Assembly: GCA_025057135.1 (NCBI GenBank)
Contig: JANWXY010000043.1
Coordinates: forward strand, 99-64,098
Direction of reading: 5' to 3'
DNA from: Bacteroidia bacterium
Lineage (GTDB): Bacteria; Bacteroidota; Bacteroidia; SpSt-205
Length of the DNA: 64,000 bases
Below are positions 55,395-64,000 of this stretch, in pieces (the first letter of the stretch is position 1; each line of letters starts with the position of its first letter). The notes under the pieces are model-generated. The model was not told the origin of the DNA and did not search any database. It worked only from the letters and a program-made list of their open reading frames with translations. The position numbers and the translations under genes were made by a program.

Positions 55395-55402
55395 TACCTT
55401 TG
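55395..55402 (+). promoter_or_regulatory. -7 box TACCTTTG, 4 nt upstream of the GT3-GT35 fusion ATG
   Basis: It matches exactly, with spacer GCGT. Confidence 0.55.
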
Positions 55403-55406
55403 GCGT

Positions 55407-58400
55407 ATGAAAGATGAACCCATCCTGTCCTCTAAGGTTTCGCTTCTTTTTGAGGTGAGTTGGGAGGTTGCGAATAAAGTCGGGGGCATTTATACAGTGC
55501 TCGTAGGAAAAGCCCCTATTATTCATCGTCAGAGACCCAATAGCTACTGGCTAATCGGACCATATTTACCAGGGAAAAACTCCGCCTGGGAGTCAGTCCC
55601 ATCCCTTTATGGAGATTGGCGCGAGTACTTTCTCAGAGAAAAAGGTATACCCGTACATGCAGGATACTGGCATATCAGCGAGGTCAAAGTACCCACCTTG
55701 CTGATTGACTTTTATCCAGCTCTCGCTAAGCGAAATGACCTTTTCGCTAACTGGTGGGAAAAATACGGTGTTGAGTCTCTATGGGGAGGGTGGGATTATA
55801 TAGAACCCGCTATATTCGGGTATGCGGCTGGCGAAGTGATCCAAAGCTTCCGGCGGTTCTATTATGAAGATGTAGAAGCTATCGCGCACTTCCACGAATG
55901 GCTTACTGGAGCCGGAATACTTCATCTTAGAGAATGTGCTCCATCCATAACCACCGTATTCACTACTCATGCGACTGTGGCGGGGCGGGCTGCTGGCGGT
56001 GCTTTCATATCTCACAATCAGCTTGGCTTTTGGCTTCGGGAAAGAAATATCCTCAGCAAACACACCTTAGAAAAAGCTGCGTGGCAGCAGGCTGATATTA
56101 CGACTACGGTCAGCGAGATTGTGAGTCGGGAGGCGGCTCACTATTTGGGGCGTGGAGCAGACATTATCACACCAAACGGCTGGCAATCACCTAAGGACAT
56201 CCCCACCAAAGATGCCCGAATATGGCTGTGCAAGCTTGCAGATAAATGGGGATGGTCAGATTCTCCACCTTTCTGGCTCTTGCACAGTGGACGCCCAGAA
56301 CTGGAAAATAAAGGCACTCTCACTCTAATACGAGCCCTTAGTCAGTACCGACACTCCTCTGTGCCCCATAGAAACTTAGCTGTGATCTTTGCTATGCCGG
56401 GGGATGCTGAACGTCCTCATGCCGGTGCTTATGAACCGCTTTGGGTCAGTCATGTTCTGAGGTTTCCCGAAAATGACCGACTACTCCGAGAGCTCCAGTC
56501 CCTCAACTTGACTCCTGAGGACCCTGTGAGAATCGCCTACTTGCCTGTGTATCTGGAAGGAGAAGATGGGGTGCTCAATCTTCCCTATTATGCTTTATTA
56601 GGGGCTGTGGATGCTACGGCATTTCCTTCGCGGTACGAACCGTGGGGATATACGCCGCAGGAAAGCCTGGGCATGGGCGTCCCGACGCTCTCCACACGCC
56701 AGGCTGGATTCGGCGCCTGGATGATGGAACATGTAAAACCCCTCCCAGAAGCCCTCTCCCTAATAGATTATGACCAAGCAAGTCCTGAGGAGCAGATTTT
56801 GTTCTGGTTGCGCCGAAGATTAGAAACGCCAAAGGAGCAGCAGGTAAGCCTTCGCCGAGAAGCCCTCCTCCTTGCAGAGCGAACAACATGGAGTTATTTC
56901 CTACCTTTTTATCAGCAGGCGTATCAAATCGCTATCGCTAAAACCCAAGCGCGGCTTTGGTATCGTCTCGCCCCTCCACCCTCTGCAGAAAAAAAGACTT
57001 TTATCTGGCACAGAGCATTCTTTCTACCCACACTTCCTGAGGAGCTAAAACCCCTCCATACCCTCGCCTATAACCTGTGGTGGAGCTGGAACCCTGACGC
57101 TCAAAACCTTTTCCGTCTCATCAATCCCGAAGCTTGGGAAAAATATGAGAATCCTGTATGGCTTCTCAACCACACGCCCAGTCATCGGTGGGAAACTCTA
57201 AGTAGGGAAGAAGACTTCTTAAAGCAGCTTCGGCAAATTCATCAGCGCTTCCAGAATTACATGTCCCAACCGCTTAGCCCAGATAAGCCGGCGGTAGCCT
57301 ATCTCTGCATGGAATATGGCATAACTAAGTGCTTACCTTTCTATTCTGGGGGCTTGGGGGTATTAGCTGGCGATTATCTAAAGGAAGCAAGCGATCAGGG
57401 GTATCCTATGGTGGGCATCGGCATACTCTATCGGCGGGGGTATTTTCAACAGCGTATAAGCCCTGATGGCGAGCAGCTTGCAGAGACTCCCAACTTAAGA
57501 TTTACAGACCTACCTTTAGAGCCCGTACGAACCGATGATGGACGCTGGCTCCATCTGCGCCTTTCGCTCGGTGGGCACCCCATACTCCTGAAAGTATGGC
57601 GTGTCCGTGTAGGACGAATCTCATTGTACCTTTTAGATGCCGACCTATCAGAGAATCCGCCAGAGCTTCGTGAAGTTACAGCCCGCTTATATGAAGGTGA
57701 CACTGAGCGTCGTCTCCAGCAGGAAATTGTTTTAGGATTTGGTGCTCAGGCACTCTTGAATGCTCTAAATCACCCTGTGGACCTCTTTCACTACAATGAG
57801 GGGCATCCGGCATTTCATATCGTGGCTTTCTGGTTACATCTTCATCAAAAAGGCTTGACCATCCGAGCTGCTCAGGAGGAGACGAAACTCCGAGTATTAT
57901 TCACCACCCACACCCCCGTACCGGCGGGACATGATGCTTTTTCTCCAGAGCTCCTGCAGAAGTACCTCTACGAGCCCATACAGCAGCTTGACATTGGATG
58001 GGAGAAGTTTTTAGAGTGGGGGAAGATGCCTGATCAGGGGGACAAGTTTTCGCTCACAGCTTTTTGTTTGAGATTTGCCGGCTTCACAAATGGGGTGAGT
58101 CGGCTGCATGCGCGGGTTTCTAAGAGTATGTTTGCTGGTCTGTATCAGGGCTATCTGCCCCAAGAGGTGCCGATTGAAGGCATTACTAATGGCGTTCATA
58201 TCAGTACATGGCAAGCCCCCGAATGGAATCGTTCGCGTCGCACATGGGAAACGCATCAGACTCTACGCTCCACCCTGATAGGTTATTTGCGTCGCCGTTT
58301 GCTTTCCGAGCCCGGACCAGTTCGTCATTTGGAAGCCATACGCGCATTTTTTGCTGGATTAGATGATAGCAGTCTTTTGGTAGGTTTTGCTCGGCGTTTT

Positions 58401-59393
58401 GCTACTTACAAGCGACATGGACTTTTATTTGAGCACGACAGCTTACGAAAGCTATTTGCGGAGGAGCCAACCCTTCGCCTCCTGATAGCCGGAAAAGCCC
58501 ACCCCAGAGATGAAGCTGGTAAAGCCATGCTTCGGTCTGTCTGGCAAAAGAGCCTTGAACCGCCTTTTCTGGGAAAGGTCCTTTTCATTCCAGACTATGA
58601 CATGCAAGTAGCCCGGTATCTTGTCCAGGGAGTTGACGTTTGGCTCAACCTCCCCATTTACGGACACGAAGCGAGTGGTACCAGTGGCATGAAAGCAGCA
58701 CTCAATGGAGTCCTTCATCTGAGCATTCCGGATGGTTGGTGGGCTGAAGTGTCCCCTGAGGAGGCTGGGGGGTGGAGCTTACCCATTTGTACATCAGATG
58801 ACCCCGAAATACGAGATGCATGGGAGGCTACCCAGCTTAGCTATTTACTCCGAGAAGAAGTATTACCACTCTATAAAGCCAGAGACGCCCGCGGTATTCC
58901 TATGCAGTGGCTCGCTCGCATGGAGAAAAGCCAATCCTATGCCGCTCAGCACTTCTCCACTCAGCGCATGCTCACTGAGTATGAACAGCGGCTTTATATC
59001 CCCGCTCAGGAGCGACTTCGTAAGCTTTCGGAAGATTTATTCAAGGAAAGATTAGATTTTTTGAGCTTGATTGAGAAGAGCTGGGAAAATATACGCATAG
59101 AATACATATCAGTACCACCATTTGCTGAGAGGGCATATTCATCATGCCAACCTTTCTCAGTAGAGCTGAAAGTAGAAGCCCCTGATATGCCCACAGAAAC
59201 CCTCAGAGCAGAGATTGTATTTGAAAATGCTGCGGGTACGATTCATGCTTTCCCTTTACAGAGCGTGGGGGAGGGACGTTTCCAAGGTGAGATAGAAATC
59301 CCTGACGCTGGTGTATATCATTATGCGATTCGTCTGTATGCTTGGGACCCTTATTTGGAGATGCGATTGTGGGAGTGGGTAAAAGTCGTATGA
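55407..59393 (+). CDS. Fusion protein: GT3 (eukaryote-type) glycogen synthase N-terminal half plus GT35 alpha-glucan phosphorylase (DUF3417-type) C-terminal half
   Basis: The N-terminal LLFEVSWEVANKVGGIYTVL is the hallmark of GT3 glycogen synthases. LAYNLWWSWNPDAQNLFRLINPEAWE lies mid-protein (DUF3417). The PLP-lysine motif HEASGTSGMKAALNG is in the C-terminal half. The product is 1328 aa in one frame with no stop. Confidence 0.85.
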   Translation: MKDEPILSSKVSLLFEVSWEVANKVGGIYTVLVGKAPIIHRQRPNSYWLIGPYLPGKNSAWESVPSLYGDWREYFLREKGIPVHAGYWHISEVKVPTLLIDFYPALAKRNDLFANWWEKYGVESLWGGWDYIEPAIFGYAAGEVIQSFRRFYYEDVEAIAHFHEWLTGAGILHLRECAPSITTVFTTHATVAGRAAGGAFISHNQLGFWLRERNILSKHTLEKAAWQQADITTTVSEIVSREAAHYLGRGADIITPNGWQSPKDIPTKDARIWLCKLADKWGWSDSPPFWLLHSGRPELENKGTLTLIRALSQYRHSSVPHRNLAVIFAMPGDAERPHAGAYEPLWVSHVLRFPENDRLLRELQSLNLTPEDPVRIAYLPVYLEGEDGVLNLPYYALLGAVDATAFPSRYEPWGYTPQESLGMGVPTLSTRQAGFGAWMMEHVKPLPEALSLIDYDQASPEEQILFWLRRRLETPKEQQVSLRREALLLAERTTWSYFLPFYQQAYQIAIAKTQARLWYRLAPPPSAEKKTFIWHRAFFLPTLPEELKPLHTLAYNLWWSWNPDAQNLFRLINPEAWEKYENPVWLLNHTPSHRWETLSREEDFLKQLRQIHQRFQNYMSQPLSPDKPAVAYLCMEYGITKCLPFYSGGLGVLAGDYLKEASDQGYPMVGIGILYRRGYFQQRISPDGEQLAETPNLRFTDLPLEPVRTDDGRWLHLRLSLGGHPILLKVWRVRVGRISLYLLDADLSENPPELREVTARLYEGDTERRLQQEIVLGFGAQALLNALNHPVDLFHYNEGHPAFHIVAFWLHLHQKGLTIRAAQEETKLRVLFTTHTPVPAGHDAFSPELLQKYLYEPIQQLDIGWEKFLEWGKMPDQGDKFSLTAFCLRFAGFTNGVSRLHARVSKSMFAGLYQGYLPQEVPIEGITNGVHISTWQAPEWNRSRRTWETHQTLRSTLIGYLRRRLLSEPGPVRHLEAIRAFFAGLDDSSLLVGFARRFATYKRHGLLFEHDSLRKLFAEEPTLRLLIAGKAHPRDEAGKAMLRSVWQKSLEPPFLGKVLFIPDYDMQVARYLVQGVDVWLNLPIYGHEASGTSGMKAALNGVLHLSIPDGWWAEVSPEEAGGWSLPICTSDDPEIRDAWEATQLSYLLREEVLPLYKARDARGIPMQWLARMEKSQSYAAQHFSTQRMLTEYEQRLYIPAQERLRKLSEDLFKERLDFLSLIEKSWENIRIEYISVPPFAERAYSSCQPFSVELKVEAPDMPTETLRAEIVFENAAGTIHAFPLQSVGEGRFQGEIEIPDAGVYHYAIRLYAWDPYLEMRLWEWVKVV

Positions 59394-59519
59394 GTGGGTA
59401 CTTTCAGCTAAGCTCCTGATAAGGTTGTTCCATGCCGGGCGATTGGGTGGTTGTTTTTTTTACATATGCTGTACTGACGACTTAGCTCCCACACATACTT
59501 GGTAATATCACTGTGCTTT

Positions 59520-60503
59520 ATGCGGTTTCTATTTGTGCGGCTCAGCAGTATGGGAGATGTAGTTCTCACCACGCCGCTTATACGCGCTCTACATGAGAGA
59601 TATCCCACAGCTGAGATACACTTTCTCACGAGAGCCTCTTATCGTTCGCTGCTTGAATATCATCCCCTTCTGTCCAAGGTACATATTTGGACCGAGCGGC
59701 ATACTTTGCGTGTATATAATTGGACGGGGGTCGTAGACCTGCAGAAAAATCTACGGAGTTTCTCGCTGCGTAGGCAACTTCAAGCCCAGCACTTCACCAC
59801 TTTCCCCAAGGAAAATTTCAAAAAATGGCTGATGGTACGCTTGAAGAGGCGTTATTATTTACGACATGTCGTGGAAAGGTACGGAGAGGCTCTGCGTTTG
59901 TGGGGAATCTCACCTGAAAACCTCGGTCCATTAGAGGTGCATATTCCAACTGATACCGCGGAGAGAGTGGAGCTCACTTTGGTGCAGCTTTTAGGGCAAA
60001 AGGCACGGATAGCCGTGGGGTTGGGGGGTACCTACCAAACGAAGCGGTGGTATCCCGGGTACTATGCGGCTCTTCTCAATCGGCTAGGATATCCAGTGAT
60101 TTTACTCGGTGGAGAGACTGAAATTCAAGATGCAGCGGAAATCGTCCGGCATTTATCTGTCCCTGTGCTGAATGTCACTGGTCAGTTTTCGCTTTTAGAG
60201 ACGGCTGCGGCTATACGAGCTTCTACAGTCCTCATCACTCATGATACTGGCACAGCCCATCTGGGGGCAGCCGTGCAGACACCGACCGTGGTGTTGTGGG
60301 GAAATACTCTCCCCGCATTCGGTATGGAGCCTTGGAGGGTCCCGCATTTAAATGTAGAAATCCAGAATCTATCCTGCCGACCCTGTAGTAAACTGGGCTA
60401 CGGGAAGTGTCCCAGAGGACACCACGACTGTATGCGAGCCATAACGCCTGATTATGTGGAGAAGGAGTTGAGAAGCTTTCTTCATATCCTCGGTTTGCTG
60501 TAA
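59520..60503 (+). CDS. Glycosyltransferase family 9 (heptosyltransferase-like)
   Basis: It has the N-terminal motif FLFVRLSSMGDVVLTTPLIRAL and a C-terminal LITHDTGTAHLGAA. The start is set at ATG 59520. Confidence 0.8.
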   Translation: MRFLFVRLSSMGDVVLTTPLIRALHERYPTAEIHFLTRASYRSLLEYHPLLSKVHIWTERHTLRVYNWTGVVDLQKNLRSFSLRRQLQAQHFTTFPKENFKKWLMVRLKRRYYLRHVVERYGEALRLWGISPENLGPLEVHIPTDTAERVELTLVQLLGQKARIAVGLGGTYQTKRWYPGYYAALLNRLGYPVILLGGETEIQDAAEIVRHLSVPVLNVTGQFSLLETAAAIRASTVLITHDTGTAHLGAAVQTPTVVLWGNTLPAFGMEPWRVPHLNVEIQNLSCRPCSKLGYGKCPRGHHDCMRAITPDYVEKELRSFLHILGLL

Positions 60504-60508
60504 GTTTG
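60501..60508 (+). promoter_or_regulatory. -7 box TAAGTTTG, 9 nt upstream of atpF ATG 60518
   Basis: It matches exactly and overlaps the GT9 stop codon TAA. Confidence 0.45.
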
Positions 60509-60517
60509 CGTCGTCGT

Positions 60518-61012
60518 ATGGAACTCGTGCTGCCGCAGTTTGGGCTATTTTTCTGGAGCGCAGTCATATTCTTCATATTCCTGTGGCTACTGAGTAAGTT
60601 TGCTTGGAAGCCCATTTTATCTGCTCTGGATGCCCGAGAGAAGCGCATAGCCGAAGCGCTCGCCACAGCAGAGAAAGCGAAATCAGAGGTGGAGGCTCTC
60701 AAAGCTCAACAAGAAAGAATTCAGATGGAAGCCGCCCAAGAGCGCGAGCGCATCCTGGCACAAGCGCAGAAGATACGAGATGAGATTATAGAGAATGCCC
60801 GAGCCGAAGCGCGAAAGCAAGCTGAGAGTATTCTCCAAGTGGCTCAGCAGCAGATACAGCAGCAGCGAGACCGTCTCATAGTAGAGATGCGTGCATATGC
60901 CGTGCGCCTCTCACTCCAGATTGCTCGTCAGATTTTAGAAGAGCATTTCAAAGATGAAGAAAAAGCGCGAGCTTATGCCGAAAAGCTCGCAAGTGAAATC
61001 CGTCTCAACTGA
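60518..61012 (+). CDS. atpF: F0F1 ATP synthase subunit b
   Basis: It has a single N-terminal TM segment (FGLFFWSAVIFFIFLWLL), followed by a long charged helix rich in A/E/R/Q. Confidence 0.85.
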   Translation: MELVLPQFGLFFWSAVIFFIFLWLLSKFAWKPILSALDAREKRIAEALATAEKAKSEVEALKAQQERIQMEAAQERERILAQAQKIRDEIIENARAEARKQAESILQVAQQQIQQQRDRLIVEMRAYAVRLSLQIARQILEEHFKDEEKARAYAEKLASEIRLN

Positions 61013-61554
61013 TGAGCCCTCGCACTATCGCTCAGCGTTACGCCAAGGCGCTATTTAGTTTAGCCCAGCGCCGCAATGAGTTAGATAGAATATACGCTGA
61101 GATAGAATACATCCATACCCTATATGCCGAGTCTCGTTTATTTCGTGCTCTTTTGCAGAATCCCATATACCGTAGCCAGCAGAAGTTAGGTTGGCTGAGG
61201 CCGGTGTTTGCTGAAAAGGTTTCTCCAATCTTATGGACATTCCTGGAGCTTCTCCTTCGGCGAGGGAGAGAATATCTTCTGAATGAGACTTGTGAGGCTT
61301 TCATTGAGCTATATGACCAGCAGCAGAATCGTCTGCGAGCACGGGTGCGTTCCGCTCAGCCTCTCTCCGATACAGCCGCAGAGCTACTTACGCAGCGGCT
61401 TCGGCAGATTTATGGAGCGGAAACAATTCTTTTACAGAAAGAGGTTGAAACGGAACTTATCGGAGGTTTCATCGTGGAGGTGGGAACCAGAGCCGCTGAC
61501 CTTAGCGTAAGAGGTCGCCTAAATGAAATTCGTAAAAAGCTACTACAAGCCTAA
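61012..61554 (+). CDS. atpH: F0F1 ATP synthase subunit delta (OSCP)
   Basis: It has the N-terminal [13 protein letters not shown] and the C-terminal [22 protein letters not shown]. It lies between atpF and atpA and overlaps atpF by TGATG. Confidence 0.85.
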   Translation: MSPRTIAQRYAKALFSLAQRRNELDRIYAEIEYIHTLYAESRLFRALLQNPIYRSQQKLGWLRPVFAEKVSPILWTFLELLLRRGREYLLNETCEAFIELYDQQQNRLRARVRSAQPLSDTAAELLTQRLRQIYGAETILLQKEVETELIGGFIVEVGTRAADLSVRGRLNEIRKKLLQA

Positions 61555-61559
61555 TCCAT

Positions 61560-63155
61560 ATGAAAACTATAACTGACCTTCGTCCGGATGAAGTAACTGC
61601 CCTTCTAGAACAGCAGCTTGCTGGGGAGCTCTCTGCCAAGGAGTTAGAAGAGGTAGGTGTAGTATTGCAAGTGGGAGATGGAATCGCTCGCATTTACGGA
61701 CTGACAGAGGTGGAAGCGGGTGAAATGATTGAGTTTGCCAGTGGAACTAAAGGGATTGTCCTCAATTTAGAGGAAGATAATGTGGGGGCTGTGATCATGG
61801 GGAGTTCCAGCACCGTGCATGAAGGAGACCGAGTCAAGCGTCTGCATAGAACTGCTTCGGTTCTCGTAAGCGAAAAAATGCTCGGTCGCGTCATCAATCC
61901 TCTTGGGGAGCCCTTGGACGGTAAAGGACCGATTGAAGGGCCATTTTACGAGTCGCCATATGAACGAAAAGCTCCGGGGGTGATTTTCCGTCGTCCCGTA
62001 CATCAGCCCCTGCAAACGGGGATTAAAGCGATAGATGCGATGATTCCTATCGGGCGGGGGCAACGGGAGCTGATTATCGGCGACCGTTCCACAGGTAAAA
62101 CCGCTGTAGCCATAGACACTATCATCAATCAGCGTGAAAACTACGAGCGTGGAGAGCCGGTATATTGCATCTATGTAGCCTGCGGGCAGAAAGCATCTAC
62201 AATAGCGCAAACCGTGGCTGTATTAGAAAAATATGGGGCGCTGGATTATACTATCGTAGTAGCTGCCTCTGCATCCGATCCTGCACCGTTGGTGTTTCTT
62301 GCTCCATTTGCTGGGGCTGCGATTGGAGAATATTTCCGGGATAGTGGACGACATGCCCTGGTTATTTACGATGACTTATCTAAGCAGGCGGCCGCTTATC
62401 GGGAAGTATCCCTTCTCCTGAGGCGCCCACCTGGACGGGAGGCTTATCCCGGAGATATATTTTATCTACACTCTCGTCTACTGGAACGAGCTGCTAAAAT
62501 CATAGACTCGGACGAGGTGGCCCGTCAAATGAATAACCTGCCTGAGAGCTTCAAGCCTATCGTGAAAGGCGGTGGTTCTCTCACAGCCCTACCGATCATA
62601 GAAACTCAAGCCGGCGATGTCGCCGCCTACATACCCACTAATGTGATATCTATTACCGATGGACAAATATACTTGGAGCCCAGTCTCTTCAACGCGGGGG
62701 TGCGTCCGGCGATTAATGTGGGCATTTCGGTTTCACGGGTCGGTGGCGCTGCCCAAATCAAGCCGATGAAACGCGTGGCAGGACGCTTAAAGCTTGAGCT
62801 GGCTCAATACCGAGAATTAGAAGCATTTGCGAAGTTTGGTTCGGATTTGGACCCCGCTACCTTGCGCCAAATAGAGCGGGGGCGTCGGCTCGTGGAGCTA
62901 CTTAAACAGCCCCAATATCAAACCGTCAAAGTAGAGCACCAAGTAGCAGCAATTTTCGCAGGAACCAGGGGGTTATTGGATAAGCTACCCATAGACAAAG
63001 TGCGCGAGTTTGAAGCCCAGTACATTCGGCTACTGGAGACCGCTCATAAAGCTCTTCTGGAAAAAATACGCCAAGGGCAGTTAGATGAGAGTATGGAAGC
63101 TGAGCTCGAGAAAGCTGCAAAGGAGGTCCTTATTGGCATGGGCATCAAAGTTTAG
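61560..63155 (+). CDS. atpA: F0F1 ATP synthase subunit alpha
   Basis: It has the Walker A motif [13 protein letters not shown] and strong alpha-subunit similarity throughout ([34 protein letters not shown]). Confidence 0.97.
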   Translation: MKTITDLRPDEVTALLEQQLAGELSAKELEEVGVVLQVGDGIARIYGLTEVEAGEMIEFASGTKGIVLNLEEDNVGAVIMGSSSTVHEGDRVKRLHRTASVLVSEKMLGRVINPLGEPLDGKGPIEGPFYESPYERKAPGVIFRRPVHQPLQTGIKAIDAMIPIGRGQRELIIGDRSTGKTAVAIDTIINQRENYERGEPVYCIYVACGQKASTIAQTVAVLEKYGALDYTIVVAASASDPAPLVFLAPFAGAAIGEYFRDSGRHALVIYDDLSKQAAAYREVSLLLRRPPGREAYPGDIFYLHSRLLERAAKIIDSDEVARQMNNLPESFKPIVKGGGSLTALPIIETQAGDVAAYIPTNVISITDGQIYLEPSLFNAGVRPAINVGISVSRVGGAAQIKPMKRVAGRLKLELAQYRELEAFAKFGSDLDPATLRQIERGRRLVELLKQPQYQTVKVEHQVAAIFAGTRGLLDKLPIDKVREFEAQYIRLLETAHKALLEKIRQGQLDESMEAELEKAAKEVLIGMGIKV

Positions 63156-63158
63156 GAT

Positions 63159-64000
63159 ATGTCTTCTGGAAAGCTTCGCGAACTGAGGGGGCGGATTCGC
63201 AGCATTATTTCTATTCAGCAGACGACCCGGGCGATGCGCATGATAGCCGCTGTAAAGCTGAGAAAAGCTCAAGATCGGCTTTTGCGCCTGCGTCCATATC
63301 GTCAGCAGAGCGAAGAGCTCTTGCATACACTCCTTTCCCAAGTAGAGGAGCCGACGAAATATCAGGTCACACCGCCAGCTTCTTCTTCATTGTATGTGGT
63401 TCTTTCATCCAGTAGAGGTTTATGTGGGGCTTTCAATAGCGGTCTTGTCCGATGGTTATCTGCTCGTTTGCCAGACCCCCATCAGACTGAGCTTCTTATA
63501 CTCGGCAAAAAGGCATATGAAATGCTGCGTCGCTCCTCCTATAAGGTGCATTTTCAGGATGTCTTTGGGGGTAAAGATATCGATCACACGACCATACGGT
63601 CTATCGCCTCTCAGCTTACTGATAGATTTCTATCGGGAAGCGTTAGAGAGGTGACCTTAGTGTATAATCGCTTCGGTGGAGTAGGGAAATCTATTCCCAC
63701 CCATGAACGGCTTTTTCCCCTACCTGTGCCTGATAGAGTAGATGTGCGCCCATGGATTTTAGAGCCTTCTTTGGACACACTCCTGGAAAGTTTTATACCG
63801 ACTTACGTTGAGACTGTCCTATTCTCTGCCGTTCAGGAGTCCCTTACTGCCGAGCATTCTGCCCGTATGGTTGCCATGCAGGCCGCTACGGATAATGCTG
63901 AGGAGCTTTTACGCACTCTCCGACTCCAATACAATAAAGCGCGTCAAGCCTCTATCACCAAGGAGCTATTAGAAATCGTCGCCGGTGCCGAGGCGCTTAA
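63159..64000 (+). CDS. atpG: F0F1 ATP synthase subunit gamma (3' end runs off the window)
   Basis: I translated it by hand as MSSGKLRELRGRIRSIISIQQTTRAMRMIAAVKLRKAQDRL... It ends ..ITKELLEIVAGAEAL at the window edge. It is absent from the ORF track because there is no in-window stop. Confidence 0.9.
   Translation, partial: MSSGKLRELRGRIRSIISIQQTTRAMRMIAAVKLRKAQDRLLRLRPYRQQSEELLHTLLSQVEEPTKYQVTPPASSSLYVVLSSSRGLCGAFNSGLVRWLSARLPDPHQTELLILGKKAYEMLRRSSYKVHFQDVFGGKDIDHTTIRSIASQLTDRFLSGSVREVTLVYNRFGGVGKSIPTHERLFPLPVPDRVDVRPWILEPSLDTLLESFIPTYVETVLFSAVQESLTAEHSARMVAMQAATDNAEELLRTLRLQYNKARQASITKELLEIVAGAEAL

Noticed and set aside
59431-59452. T8 run (GGTTGTTTTTTTT) as a terminator for the GT3-GT35 gene.
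   Set aside because: I could find only a 4-bp stem preceding it, which is too weak to call.

Overview
This is 64 kb of apparently core chromosome from an FCB-group, Bacteroidota-like bacterium. The taxonomic call rests on three T9SS-type C-terminal sorting domains, signal peptides ending in WAQ or WGQ, a DUF5686-type protein, a GT3 eukaryote-type glycogen synthase, no visible Shine-Dalgarno sequences, and many TAnnTTTG -7 promoter boxes.

I call about 49 protein genes and one tRNA-Arg(ACG). They include:
- upp, and a TonB-dependent receptor with a BtuF-like binding protein next to the B12-dependent fused mutase IcmF
- a metY-metX-hom operon, kynureninase, and M61 and M1 metallopeptidases
- terC, and rimP-nusA-infB with purS coupled to the infB stop
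- a type II sulfide:quinone oxidoreductase, RNase G, rpsT, and a POT peptide transporter
- two polysaccharide-related clusters: a WbpB/WbpD-like fusion, and Gfo/Idh/MocA plus a WbaP-like phosphotransferase
- kbl, rpmE2, an orphan CzcA-like RND pump, and atpFHAG (atpG runs off the window)

I found no CRISPR array, transposase, integrase, phage gene or recognisable defence system, so this is not an obvious accessory island.

The observations most worth follow-up are:
1. -7 boxes sit only 4-6 nt from the start codon at most operon heads, which implies leaderless mRNAs. This also corrects several ORF-track N-termini.
2. A kinase-less three-gene operon encodes a TQ-repeat FHA protein, a vWA-like/TM/FHA protein and a membrane-anchored PP2C.
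3. A 1328-aa polypeptide fuses a GT3 glycogen synthase to a GT35 alpha-glucan phosphorylase.
4. Two micro-ORFs absent from the ORF track have strong promoters: a 31-aa bS22/mS38-like peptide and a 53-aa basic protein.
5. A two-gene T9SS cargo operon of unknown function.

All functional calls come from motif recognition by eye. No database search was run.
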